This document shows, one piece after another, positions 26,996 to 39,869 of a stretch of 64,000 bases of DNA. The stretch is from Octopus vulgaris (Eukaryota), in NCBI GenBank assembly GCA_951406725.2, contig OX597838.1, positions 22,568,001-22,632,000 on the forward strand, written 5' to 3'. Made by a program: the position numbers and the translations under genes. Below the pieces are notes generated by a model. It was not told the DNA's origin and ran no database searches. It was given only the letters and a program-made list of their open reading frames with translations. The first letter of the stretch is position 1, and the number at the start of each line of letters is the position of its first letter.

Positions 26996-27138
26996 CATAC
27001 ATACATACATACATACATGCATACATACATACATGCATACATACATACATACATACATACATACATACATACATACATACATACATACATACATACATAC
27101 ACGCATACATACATACATACATACCAGAAATATAGGCA
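26670..27138. repeat. (CATA)n tract with an internal duplication of about 277 bp
   Basis: The non-repetitive 15-mer CCAGAAATATAGGCA occurs at 26847 and 27124. Confidence 0.92.
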
Positions 27139-27623
27139 ACCAGCTGTTGCATCTCCCCTAGAAAGCAAACATTTCAAAACGTCCATGATTACGCAAATCT
27201 GTGCAAGTATGTGCCTATACGGTTGTGAGCTTGCATCTAAATGCATATGTCGCTGAAACGTACGTGTATGCCAAGCTTGCACTTACGTGTACGTGCGCTC
27301 GAAATTATTGATGATATCTTAATTTTCCGGAATATAGTTCACGTACGACATACATGCCACTTTGTAGCACCACAGCCAGCTGCTTTCACCCGTTCATTTG
27401 GCTGAGAACCGAGTAAACTCTGCAATGATAGCGATAAAATCATGTGACACTACGAAACCTCTGGTATGGGACTGATAACCTACTTATTACGCGTAATAGG
27501 AGAAAATGTGCTTTCACATTTATATACACTTATACATACACACACATACAGAAATAAGTACATATATAAATATACATATATATTATATATATACACATAC
27601 ATACATGCATACATATAATATAA

Positions 27624-27656
<33 letters not shown>

Positions 27657-27991
27657 TACAAAATACTTGTCTACGTGTGCATTATAAGTGTGCCATAGCC
27701 TGTGTAATTGTGCGTATGTGCATGCCTATAAAAAAATATATATACATATTCATATATGTATATACACATATACATATATATTTATACGCTAATATATATA
27801 TATAAACATAGATGCATGCGATATCTTTGTCTACGAGTGTAAATACAAGTGTGCAAGCGCCTGTGTGTTTGTTCGCGTATGTACGCATATTTAAATATAT
27901 ATACATACATATCTATATACATATACATATATATATGTATATATGTATATATACATATATATATGACACACAAACATATATATATATACAC

Positions 27992-28043
<52 letters not shown>

Positions 28044-29036
28044 AACATTCATATCAATGTCAGCGTGTTTTGGGTTCTCCTTAGTAAACTGTCAACTTTT
28101 GATATAATGCATATATTATTTCACTCCGCCCAACATATAGAATTCTTAATCACATATCGTCACAATTTAAAATACATATTCGCATGTAATTTGCAACACA
28201 TGATTTGCAACTTGTATACGTGTGTACACCATTTATCTTCTGCTTGTTTCAATCACTGGACAGCGACCATGTTGTTGCACCGTCTCGAATTGTTTTTAGT
28301 CAAATAAACTGAACACAGAACTCTTTTATTTATTTTTATTTTTTTGAGAGCCTTGGATTTATTTAATTGGTCACTTATGCCGAACACTAAGGGTATGTGT
28401 ACTTTAACAAAGCATTATCGGTTATCAAGCGTTGGTGCACCCACCCACCAAAAAACAAAGATGCACACGGCTTAGAAGATAGGAGTGGGTGAAATACCCT
28501 TAGAAGTCATCTAATGATAGTTACCCTATCTTCTAGGCTGTATTCACAGGTATCTTGCATCCGAGATTTACTTTAACTTTTGTAAAATACCGACTCAGTC
28601 GGGGATTCTGAATTTGCTTATAAAATACATACATACAGACAGACAGACAGACATAAATATGAATGTCTTTTCGATTTTTCAATTATTATAAATTTTCCAC
28701 TGAGGAGGGAGCCGGTTTCCAACAAAGATACAAGGCTCCATCTTTGGGATGTAGTTAACATAGACAAATTCGCATTTGGAACTTCAGAAAAGTCTTGCAC
28801 ATTTTTACTGTTCCACTCACAGATTGCACTTGTACTGTACGAATTAGCCGGTCGATTTCTCTTTATTTGCTTCATAGATAGGGCACAGAAAGCGTGTCAA
28901 TAGCCAGCTGGAGAAGATGTTCTCCTGGGGCTACAAGCTACAGTAGCATACACCCTTAGTGGCTAGCCACATTTAAGTGGCAAATATACTTCACGTTATA
29001 TACATACATATATATATATATACACACACACACTCA

Positions 29037-29960
29037 TACGAGGCGTATACCAGAAATTTGAGACGTTTTTAGGAGAGTTAGCTTTAACTGTCCTACATTG
29101 TTGTAATTTTTGTAAATCGTTACTGTACATCTAATAAGGTGACTTGCCAATTGTTGTAATTTCAAATTGAAAGAAACGGCTGTAGTATCACTTCGAACAA
29201 ATCCTACTAAACTCTTCTGGTCATAGCTGACTTGTTTGCAGAATGCAGTTGGGATGTGAGGTCAATTTGAAAACGCGTTGTGTATTATCGTTTTGTATTA
29301 AACTGAGAAACTGGGATGGTGGGGGGGACGCTACAGAAACTTTTGGTATTTTCCACTGTTTTTATGGATTAAATTGTATGAGAAGAGCATCTGTTCTCCG
29401 CTGGCATAAGTGGTTCAAGTACTGTAAGGAGGAAGTGATAGAAGACGAGAAATATGGGTGAGAGAAAGACAACGGAACATCAGAGTTGGTTGAGAAAATT
29501 TACAATTTTCTGAATGAACACCATCATGTGTCTGTAAAGACAATAAGCATACACTTTGGAATTGGTGCGGCTACTTAACACAGAATTGTTCACGAGGGTC
29601 TGAACTTGCGCAAAATTTGTACATAGTTTGTTCCCAGGGCTCTCAGCAAAAGCATCCTGGTTACTAACTACTTGACAGAGATAGGAATCATAACTGTTTC
29701 TCACTCGCTCTACATTCCAGACCTTGCTCTTTGTGAATTTTGGTTAGTTCCTGAAGCTGAAGGAGAGCGTCAGAGGAAGTTGTTTTAAATATGAAGAAAC
29801 CTATGACAAGGGTCCGGATACCTTCACTTTGGATGATTTCCATGGCGCCTTCTTGGAGTAGCTGAAGCGCTACAAGGACAGCAATGAAATCTGAGTATTC
29901 CACTTTGAAGGAGGTTAGAATTTTATATTCCTTTGAAATTAATAAATCTCTGTTATGAAA
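29037..29960 (+). mobile_element. Internally deleted mariner element (same family as 7560-9443)
   Basis: TACGAGG start; RCVLSFCIKL...ATETF...RASVLRWHKWFK; the same GGCTCTCAGCAA.AGCATCCTGGTTAC deletion junction. Confidence 0.85.
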
Positions 29961-30580
29961 AAAAAAATATTGGCAAGTAGCTTGCTTACGAACCACATAG
30001 TTCTGGGTTCAGTCCCACTGCGTGGCACTTTGGGCAAGTGTCTTCTACTGTAGCCTCTTCCCATTCGGGGTCAGTACAAATAGCTTGTTTCCATTCCTCA
30101 CTCTTGAGCAACCAACATATAGCTGGCGGTAGGCAACAATAACCTTACCTTTTAAAAGTTCAACGATAATTCTTCTGCCACCACTTAGTTTAAAGACAAT
30201 TTGATGTACGTAGGGCTTTACTTTTCGTACAAACAATTATTTATAGCAGCTGGTACGTATCTTACCTCCTATTCGTAGTTTGAACGAAAATTACACCACT
30301 GTCGCTAAACACTATTTTAAAGTGTTATTTTTATAGTTTGGAATGGCTCCAAACGTATTTGACCATAAAGATGTTTTAAATTTAGTATTTTTTAGTATTT
30401 TTTTAAGGTAATAATAAAATTAGTTGAATCTATTTCCATGCAGTCAGGGTGCGCTAAGTTTCCATAGCTTCGACGGCCGACGGCATGAAAATGGGTCCGA
30501 CACATTTTATTAATATCTGAAAAAACACTAAGTTTCCAATATTTTTATGGTAGAGAGTTATGAGAAATAATTTTAAAAAA

Positions 30581-30954
30581 GAAGCACTCCGTCGGTTACG
30601 ACGATGAGGGTTCCGGTTGATCTGAATCAACGGAACAGCCTGCTCGTGAAATTAACGTGTAAGTGGCTGAGCACTCCACAGACACGTGTACCCTTAACGT
30701 AGTTCTCGGGGATATTCAGCGTGACACAGAGAGTGACAAGGCCGGCCCCTTGAAATACAGAAACAGGAAGTAAGAGTGAGAGAAAGTTGTGGTGAAAGAG
30801 TACAGCAGGGATCACCACCATCCCCTGCCGGAGCCTCGTGGAGCTTTTAGGTGTTTTCGCTCAATAAACACTCACAACGCCCGGTCTGAGAATCGAAACC
30901 GCGATCCTATGACCGCGAGTCCACTGCCCTAACCACTGGGCCATTGCGCCTCCA
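30581..30954 (-). mobile_element. SINE family C (tRNA-derived), full length, 13-bp TSD
   Basis: Head GGAGGCGCAATGGCCCAGTGGTTAGGGCAG; TSD TATGAGAAATAAT at 30559 and 30955. Confidence 0.93.
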
Positions 30955-31106
30955 TATGAGAAATAATAATGTATGAGAGACTAAGTTCAATATGTCTTTC
31001 AATTCCGAAAGTTATGAAGAACGTGTTATGGTTGAATTACTCGACACAGTTATAATATTTAGAGAAAGATTTTGGAAATTACTTTTGGAAATAGTTATAA
31101 TATTTG

Positions 31107-31322
31107 CTCTTTACTCTTTTACTTATTTCAGTCATTTGAATGCGGCCATGCTGAAGCACCGCCCTTAGTCAAGCAAATCGATCCCGGGACTTATTCTTTG
31201 TAAGCCCAGTACTTATTCTATCGGTCTCTTTTGCCGAACCGCTAAGTTACGGGGACGTAAACAGACCAGCATCGGTTGTCCAGCGATGGTAGGGGACAAA
31301 CACATACACACAAACATACACA

Positions 31323-31373
<51 letters not shown>

Positions 31374-31496
31374 CGACGGGCTTCTTTCAGTTTCTGTCTA
31401 CCAGATCCACTCACAAGGCTTTGGTCGGCTCGAGGCTATAGTAGAAGACCATGTGGTTGGTAAGCAAGCTACTTACCACACAGCCACCCCTGCACC
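31107..31496 (-). mobile_element. SINE family A with a head deletion
   Basis: GTAGAAGAC joined directly to CATGTGGTTGG, so the B-box region is lost. Confidence 0.92.
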
Positions 31497-31678
31497 TTAG
31501 AGAAATATTTTTTTGAAAAAGTTAGGATTAAGAAAAAAAATCATGAATGAAGAATTGTAGAAGTGTCATTGAATAGTGAGAGAGGGGTGGGAGAAGTAAA
31601 GTTGAAAAACTGTGACACACTGACATCCGCTTTCACATTTATTATTACAGAAGATTCTAGATAGATATATTTATGTTG

Positions 31679-31709
<31 letters not shown>

Positions 31710-31729
31710 AATAATATATAAATATATGC

Positions 31730-31908
31730 ATATATACGTACCTACATCTACATGTATATATACATGCATATATGGGTACAGGACATCAAAAAACGTTGAA
31801 CACAATGAGAAACGAAAACATGAAAGCAAAAACATAGAAACGAACTTTTTTCCGAACAACGAAAAGAAAAACAGAGAAACGAGACATACAACATAAAGAA
31901 TATTCCCA
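31730..31908. repeat. Dispersed repeat family G (also about 37620-37810, 47545-47770, 61831-61950)
   Basis: Shared GCATATATG.GTACAGGAC...GAAAC...CGAAC segments, usually next to TA tracts. Confidence 0.7.
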
Positions 31909-31919
31909 TATGTGTGTGT

Positions 31920-31974
<55 letters not shown>

Positions 31975-32125
31975 CGTGTGTGTGTGTGTATGCGTGCGTG
32001 TGTGTGTTATAAAATTATATATATATAGGTTTATAATGCGTATGACACAGTGTAGGAGTACGATTATAAATAACACGATTTTGCTTTGTATAACTTAATC
32101 TTTAATTGGGATTATGAGATTAGCA

Positions 32126-32165
<40 letters not shown>

Positions 32166-32508
32166 GCACACACATTTACATATGCACGCAGTCATAGAAA
32201 CTCAGGTATACATATATATATATAGAAACACACACAGATACATCCACATTTAAAGAAACTCACACACACAAGCACACACACAAGCACTCTTTCCGCGCCT
32301 TCAACATCAGTTTTTTTTTTTGTTTTTTTCGTTCTGTCCTTAACCGTGACCTTGTTTCTCGGTCTCACGTGATTGCACCGACCGCCAATGGGAGTTCCGA
32401 CAGACGGTAGACGCTAATTCATACTTTCTAGCAGCTACCACTACTGGTACTAGTACAACGATTGGAACTGCTATTACCCCATCTGCTGCTATTTTAGGTA
32501 CATACATA

Positions 32509-32908
32509 CTCTTTTACTCTTTTACTTGTTTCAGTCATTTGACTGCGGCCATGCTGGAGCACCGCCTTTAGTCGAACAAATCGACCCCAGGACTTATTCT
32601 TTGTAAGCCCAGTACTTATTCTATCGGTCTCTTTTGCCGAACCGCTAAGTGACAGGGACGTAAACACACCAGCATCGGTTGTCAAGCAATGCTAGGGGGA
32701 CAAACACACACACACAAACGCACATACACACACACACATATATATACATATATACGACAGGCTTCTTTCAGTTTCCGTCTACCAAATCCACTCACAAGGC
32801 ATTGGTCGGCCCGGGCCTATAGCAGAAGACACTTGCCCAAGATGCCACGCAGTGGGACTGAACCCGGAGCCATGAGGTTGGTTAGCAAGCTACTTACCAC
32901 ACAGCCAC
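32509..32908 (-). mobile_element. SINE family A
   Basis: Near full length and close to the in-window consensus. Confidence 0.93.
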
Positions 32909-33135
32909 AGCCACATACATACATCAACACACATATATATATATACACATAGTCAACAGTTATTTGAATAGAGATTGTCGTTTACGACTCGGGGCTTATG
33001 TCCGCCGTCTTTCATAGCATGGAAAGATCGAGCGGTGGTCACGAATCCCAGCATGGAATTAATAAATGAATGAATGAATAAACACATTTATTACAAACTC
33101 TAGTGTTACGTACCATCAGGAAGTGGGTTATTTTG

Positions 33136-33297
33136 CCCTTAGTCAAGCAAATCGACCCCAGAACTTATTCTTTGTAAGCCTAGTACTTATTCTATCGGTC
33201 TCTCTTGCCGAACCGCTAAGTTACGGGGACGTAAATACACCAGCATCGGTTGTCAAGCGATGTTGCTGGGACAAACACATACACACACACACACACA

Positions 33298-33351
<54 letters not shown>

Positions 33352-33360
33352 TACATATAC

Positions 33361-33403
<43 letters not shown>

Positions 33404-33557
33404 TTTACGACGGGCTTCTTTCAGTTTCCGTCTACCAGATCCACTCACAAGGCTTTGGTCGGCTCGAGGCTATAGTAGAAGACCATGTGGTTGGTAAGCA
33501 AGCTACTTACCACACATCCACTGCTGCACCTTAGAGAAATATTTTTTTGAAAAAGTT
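33136..33557 (-). mobile_element. Duplicate of the 31162-31523 SINE and its flank
   Basis: Same head deletion and same flank GCACCTTAGAGAAATATTTTTTTGAAAAAGTT. Confidence 0.88.
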
Positions 33558-33859
33558 TGTCGACACTACGTTAGAGAATGTTGATTAAAATATCAAAGAA
33601 ACAGGATGGGTATGGTGGAAACGTTTTTGATCATAAATTTCTTTGGTTAAAACTATACAACAATGGATTTGTTATTTACGTCTAGCTTCGGTCCTTCCTC
33701 TTACAGTTTTTTTGCCAATAGCCATGACGGTGTTTCTTGTTCTCTGTTTTGCACTTTTAGGTGAAATGAAACCTCGGAGATACTTTGCCCCAAGCGGAAA
33801 CTCAAAGAGCTACACAGAAGAATAGCATGGTCTTTTACCTGAATCCCTCACAACGTCAG

Positions 33860-35050
33860 CAATCCTTCTGTATCATCATCGGCCAGTACCTCAGGGTCAT
33901 TGTTGTTTCGCTCCTTAGCCTGTACGCTTCATCTGAGTGGGACAGCGAGAGCAGAATTAGTCTTTGCCGGCAGACGGGTTCCACCTGCAGACTTTCTAAT
34001 CACAGTCATTTTGAGCTGCTTTCAGCTGCCATGCTTATCTCCTTGGGAGGATTCCTTCAATTGTTTCGCTTCCATACCAATCTTCTGCTGGAAATACCAC
34101 ACAGATCTAGTCGGAAATCCACAGCAGCCGAATTCAATCGGGAATCAGGTCGCATGGTTTACCAAGAGTCACATCGATAGAGACCTGACGTTTAGTTTTT
34201 TTTAATTAGTAAGAAATGTCGAGTCTGTAATCCCACCCACCCACCCACCCGGCACACTATAAATTCAGCAACAATGTTTTTGTACACCTGAAGGGCAGGA
34301 ACCTGTCTGGTCAGTGTGGTGTAACCACCACCGTCTCTAGGAAGACGAGTCTGCCCTTTAGATCCAATTGCATCTCCCAAATGGTGGATGGAAGCACTCC
34401 GTCGATTACGACGACGAGGGTTCCGGTTGATCCGATCAACGGAACAGCCTGCTCGTGAAATTAACGTGTAAGTGGCTGAGCACTCCACAGACACGCGTAC
34501 CCTTAACGTAGTTCTCGGGGATATTCAGCGTGACACAGAGAGTGACAAGGCCGGCCCTTTGAAATACAGGTACAACAGAAACAGGAAGTAAGAGTGAGAG
34601 AAAGTTGTGGTGAAAGAGTACAGCAGGGATCACCACCATCCCTGCCGGAGCCTCGTGGAGCTTTTAGGTGTTTTCGCTCAATAAACATTCACAACGCCCG
34701 GTCTGGGAATCGAAACCGCGATCCTACGACCGCGAGTCCGCTGCCCTAACCACTGGGCCATTGCGCCTCCACATCTCCGAGAATTACTATTCCACAAATC
34801 TTTCCTGTGACCAATGTCAGCAAATCGAGATATTGCCCATTTAGCTCCAGACTGATGGATGGCATCACAGCTCTACAGGAAGTGCTACATACAGCCATTT
34901 TGTACCTCACTGCGCAGATGTGATTACAACTTCCACTGCTGTGTTGCGGTGGGGGGTTGATGTAGGTTAATGGACAAGATTAGAAGAGTATAAGACATCA
35001 TAATAATGTGGGCGACAGAAGCCGGATATTCCCTGGGTGCACCAGTGCCG
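33860..35050 (-). mobile_element. Decayed HERO-like RLE non-LTR retrotransposon, interrupted by SINE C
   Basis: Fragments WEMQLDLKGRLVFLETVVVT..PD, FPIEFGCCGFPTRSVW and EISMAAESSSK resemble HERO RLE motifs (TTLRPD, PVEVGCRGF, AAE.AS.WLW); stops and frameshifts present. Confidence 0.7.
34390..34771 (-). mobile_element. SINE family C, full length
   Basis: Near-identical to 30581 and 47875; CATCTCC on both flanks. Confidence 0.93.
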
Positions 35051-35165
35051 GTCGACGCGTTGGGGGAGAGTAAATCAGAGCTGGAATGTAACGAAATATT
35101 TGTGACTTCAGATCGGCAGCAGAGCAGGAGACTAACCACCCGCAGAGCAATCTACATGAACTTAC

Positions 35166-35196
<31 letters not shown>

Positions 35197-35481
35197 TGTA
35201 TGTATGTATGTATGTATGTATGTATGTATGTATGCATGTATGTATGTATGTATGTATGCATGTATGTATGTATGTATGTATGTATGTATGTATGTATGTA
35301 TGTATGTATGTGTGTGTATGTGGAGAGAGAGAGAGGAGGGAGTGGAGTAGACAGAGAAAGAGATAGACAAAACACAAAAAATATTAAAATTAAGCGTGAA
35401 CTGTGGATGTATAGAGCTGTGGATGTATACATTTCTCTCTCGCTCTCTCTCTTTCTCAATATATATATATATATGTATATA

Positions 35482-35537
<56 letters not shown>

Positions 35538-35763
35538 TATATACATATATATAATATATATATATATCGTATCTACATATATATGATATATATATATATA
35601 TATATGTATGCATATATACACACACATACATGCATGCATGCATACATACATACATACATACATACATACATACATACATACATACATACATACATACATA
35701 CATACATACATACATAGAGATAGACGTACGTGTACACACACAATTTCAGATGCATGTATGCAC

Positions 35764-35822
<59 letters not shown>

Positions 35823-35877
35823 TATATGTGTGTGTGTGTATAAACAGCCACATCTAACTCGTAGATAGTCAGACACA

Positions 35878-35950
<73 letters not shown>

Positions 35951-35951
35951 C

Positions 35952-36003
<52 letters not shown>

Positions 36004-36610
36004 GGGAAAGTGAGTAAGTAGCTAATTAGGTAGGTAAGTAGGTATGTATGTATGTAGGTAGGTAGGTGAGGAGGTGGGGAAGTATAGAGGTAAGTAAGTA
36101 AGATAGATAAGTGAAACAGGATATACGTGTGTTTGCCTCGGGATGTGAGAGTAACCTTGATTTCAAACGAGTCATACCATATATATTCATTATTCATTAA
36201 TATGTATGTAACAATGGGTGTGAGTACGCATGCGCATGTATATATACCTGTACATATATACGTGCGTACGTATGGGATGACCTTGATTTCACTAAAGTAT
36301 GCAAATAGGTTCAGGTCTGGGTCTGGGAACGCATTTCAGCTACTTTTTTTGTAGGGTGGAGGTTCATTCACGCGAATGTATTTGAGAGAAACGGTATGTA
36401 ATGTGTAATAAGTAATAACTTCCGACTACCGAAATCACGGCCAAGGTCTTTTGCTTGGTCCGTGGCTATAGCGGTCAACACTTGCCCGAGTTGGCGCGCA
36501 ATGGGACTAAAACGCGAAACCACGTGACTGCAAAACATTTGAGCCTTTTTAACCAACAGACATACCTGCGCAATATTCATATACATACATACATATATAT
36601 GTATGTATGA

Positions 36611-36668
<58 letters not shown>

Positions 36669-36671
<3 letters not shown>

Positions 36672-36790
36672 CCTGCTCGCTTAGTCAGCAGGGTGGCGTC
36701 ATTTGAAGGCTAAAACAATGCGAAGCGCATTGTGACCAGCGATGTGTAACAACATCTGATGGCCTGGTCGGTCACGGTGATCACGGTGAT
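36669..36790 (+). mobile_element. Retroelement 3' tail family E (second copy 62371-62482)
   Basis: GAAGCGCATTGTGACCAGCGATGTGTA.CAACATCTGAT..CCTGGTCGGT followed by (CACGGTGAT)2. Confidence 0.8.
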
Positions 36791-36803
36791 ATATATATAT
36801 ATA

Positions 36804-36883
<80 letters not shown>

Positions 36884-36925
36884 TGTATGTATGTATGTAT
36901 GTATGTATGTATGTATGTATGTATA

Positions 36926-37087
36926 GGCGCAAGAGTGGCTGTGTGGTAAGAAGCTTCCTTCCCAACCATATGGTTCAGGGTTCAGTACTGCTGGATAGCA
37001 TCTTCGGCAAGTGCCTTCTACTGTAGCCTCGGGCCGACCAAAGCCTTGTGAGTGGATTTTGTAAACAGAAACTGAAAGAAGCCTGTC

Positions 37088-37145
<58 letters not shown>

Positions 37146-37344
37146 TGAATATATGAATGTATTTGTGAGACTATGTTTGTTCCCCCAGCATCGCTTCACA
37201 ACCGATGCTGGTTTGTTTACGTCCCCGTAACTTGGCGGTGTTCAGCAAAAGAGACCGATAGAATAAGTTCGATTTGTTCGACTAAAGGCGGTGCTCTAGC
37301 ATGGCGGCAGTCAAATGACTGAAACAAATAAAAGTATAAAAGAA
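36926..37344 (+). mobile_element. SINE family A, full length
   Basis: Head to tail recognisable. Confidence 0.92.
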
Positions 37345-37397
37345 TATATATACAAATATATACACACGCAATGCGTTCCCATGCCCATACCTGAATC

Positions 37398-37429
<32 letters not shown>

Positions 37430-37539
37430 TGTATGCAGATAAAACTTACTTGAAAATGAATGCGTGGCGTTCAATCATATAATAATATAAATAATATATA
37501 TATATATATATTTATATATACATATATATATATATATAC

Positions 37540-37597
<58 letters not shown>

Positions 37598-37849
37598 TTA
37601 TATACATACATATATGTACATAATTACATATATGTGTATATACACATGCATATATGCGTACAGGACGTCACAGAACGTAAACAACATGAAATACGAAATA
37701 CGGAAACATGGAATACGAACTGTATTTTTGCGAACAACGAAAGAAAGAAAATGGAAGACAAAGCAAGCAACATAAAGAACGACCCTTCATCAGTTGTCGG
37801 CTGTTTTTCTAATGCATATATATGTATGTATATATATATGTACGTATAG

Positions 37850-37880
<31 letters not shown>

Positions 37881-37977
37881 TAATCCAAGCATGAAAACAC
37901 AAAAAAAACACAACAACGCGAGGACGTGGAACAAATATAGTATTATTGGACGCTCAGGAAAGAAGGAAAGAAGGAGG

Positions 37978-38012
37978 GTTTAACGTTTCGAGCGGAGCTC
38001 TTCGTTGAAAAC
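37978..38012 (-). ncRNA. Hammerhead-like motif with mutated core, in an element (about 37875-38065) related to 6915-7125
   Basis: GTTT-TCAACGA-A-GAGC(TCC)GCTC-GAAA-CG-TT-AAAC; followed by TTCCTGAGCG as in the 7-kb element. Confidence 0.5.
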
Positions 38013-38077
38013 ATAGGAAAAGGAAAGATGCAGAGAAGGGAAGACAGAGGGGAAAAAATCGCCATATATATATATAT

Positions 38078-38121
<44 letters not shown>

Positions 38122-38253
38122 ATACATATGTATATTTATTGTTCTTAAACACGCAGTCCGACGTTTGGCTAGCTTATCGAAACTTCGAAGTCACTATCAA
38201 CAGCATTCTTGCATAAGAATAATAAGATTGTTGTTTACAAAAGTATAGAGTAA

Positions 38254-38303
<50 letters not shown>

Positions 38304-38450
38304 GAGAGAGAGAGAGAGGGGGGATTGAATTAGAGAGAAAGAGAGAGATGGATGGATAGATAGGTAGATAGGTAGAGAGACAGAGACAAACATACAGACA
38401 GACAGACTGACAGATGTAATGTATATATTAAAATATATGTAATATACATG

Positions 38451-38608
38451 ATTAAGGAATGCAGAATACAATTACGTATATTGTAAGAAATGAAATATTT
38501 CTCGTAATTTAAGAGAAGTCATTTAAATGCTGTTTGGTATGTGTCACGGCGCCCGTTTTTGTTTAACGCGCTCGTTTTCTCTAACATTAGAAGCCAGCTA
38601 CGCCTCTG
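38451..38608 (+). other. Non-coding element paralogous (inverted) to 54358-54511
   Basis: Colinear manual alignment over about 155 bp with an identical 16-mer GTTTGGTATGTGTCAC. Confidence 0.8.
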
Positions 38609-38624
38609 GTGTGATTTTGTGTAT

Positions 38625-38674
<50 letters not shown>

Positions 38675-38812
38675 AGGTGAAAGTGATAAGGTGAGAGAGA
38701 GAGGAAGAGAGGAAGAAGGTGTGTGTCAAATATGAAACCGGAGATTTTTGCTTACAGAATTCGGACGATCGCTCCCACCAGATACACTGTGTTTATAATA
38801 ATACCTAATCTA

Positions 38813-39362
38813 GCCACAAGGCCCGAAATTTTGGAGGAGGAGACCAGCCGATTAAATCGACCCCAGTACGCAACTGGTACTTAATTTATCGACCTCCAAA
38901 GGATGGATGAAAGGCAAAGACGACCTCGGCGGAGTTTGAACTCAGAACGTAACGACAGACGAAATACCTATTTCTTTATTGCCCACAAGGGACTAAGCAC
39001 TGAGAGGAAAAACAAGAGCAGACAAACGGATTAAGTCGATTATATCGACCGCAGTGCGTAACTGTTACTTAATTAGTCGACCCCGAAAGGATGAAAGATT
39101 AAGTCGACCTCGGCGGAATTTGAACTCAGAACGTAGCGGCAGACAAAATGCCTATTTCTTTACTACCCACAAGTGGCTGAACACAGAGAGGAGAAACAAG
39201 GACAGACAAATGGATTAAGTCGATTATATCGACTCCAGTGCGTAACTGGTACTTATTTAATCGAGCCCGAAAGGATGAAAGGCAAAGTCGACCTCGGCGG
39301 AATCTGAACTCACAACGTAGCGGCAGACGAAATACCGCTAAGCATTTCGCCCGGCGTGCTGA
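38813..39362 (-). mobile_element. SINE family B tandem array (three bodies)
   Basis: Junctions at about 38966 and 39150; alternative terminal tail at the left end. Confidence 0.92.
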
Positions 39363-39507
39363 CGTTGCATGTATGTACTTAAAAAAGGATAGATTTGACT
39401 GTTAAAGACGGATCGTTATTAATAAGTGAAATTCTCTTCCTTCGAAATACTGATCACATCCATGTATATTATTCATATATACATACATACATACACACAA
39501 AAAAATA

Positions 39508-39664
39508 TACCCGGTTGATGTTGTTGAGATTCCAAAGAAGGAGGCTTGGATCTAGGTTTGAAACCGGCTCTTTCTTTATTGACAAGAAATCTTGAAATAC
39601 ATCCATATATACATACAGAGACACAAACACACCGATAAACACACACACACAAACACACACATAC

Positions 39665-39696
<32 letters not shown>

Positions 39697-39800
39697 GTAT
39701 GTATGTATGTGTGTGTGTATGTATGTCATTTCAAGATTTCTTGCCAATAAAAAGAATCGGTTGCTAACCTAGGTCCAAGTCTTCGGGATTTCAACATCAG
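39508..39800. repeat. Inverted pair of a roughly 80-bp repeat around a microsatellite
   Basis: ...TTTATTGACAAGAAATCTTGAAAT versus ATTTCAAGATTTCTTGCCAATAAA...; a related sequence lies near 28700-28765. Confidence 0.75.
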
Positions 39801-39869
39801 TAACGCAATCCCTTTGCATTCCAAAAGACTAAGGCCATCACCTTTCATACAAATGAAACGACCTTGACC

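Larger units (their letters stand above)
30058..31654 (-). mobile_element. Helitron relic with nested SINEs
   Basis: QLYVGCSRVRNGNKLFVLTPNGK (30058-30125) matches the PIF1-type helicase C-terminus of Helitrons; A^TCTTCTGTAATAATAAA 5' end at 31654. Continuity between the two ends is inferred. Confidence 0.65.

Noticed and set aside
30880-30954. tRNA genes at SINE heads
   Set aside because: A and B boxes are present, but the sequences continue into SINE bodies with TSDs and lack a proper acceptor stem.
32375-32382. TCACGTGA E-box with nearby CCAAT as a promoter
   Set aside because: Isolated short motifs are expected by chance in 64 kb, and there is no associated gene.
33740-33825. Strong plus-strand splice acceptor followed by a short frame
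   Set aside because: A stop follows after about 21 codons, the peptide is unrecognisable, and it abuts a LINE relic.
35082-35102. miR-1-like TGGAATGTAACGAAAT
   Set aside because: Seed-level similarity only; no complementary precursor arm nearby.
34998-36197. Longest ORF (399 aa)
   Set aside because: Almost entirely translated (GATA)n, (TA)n and (CATA)n.
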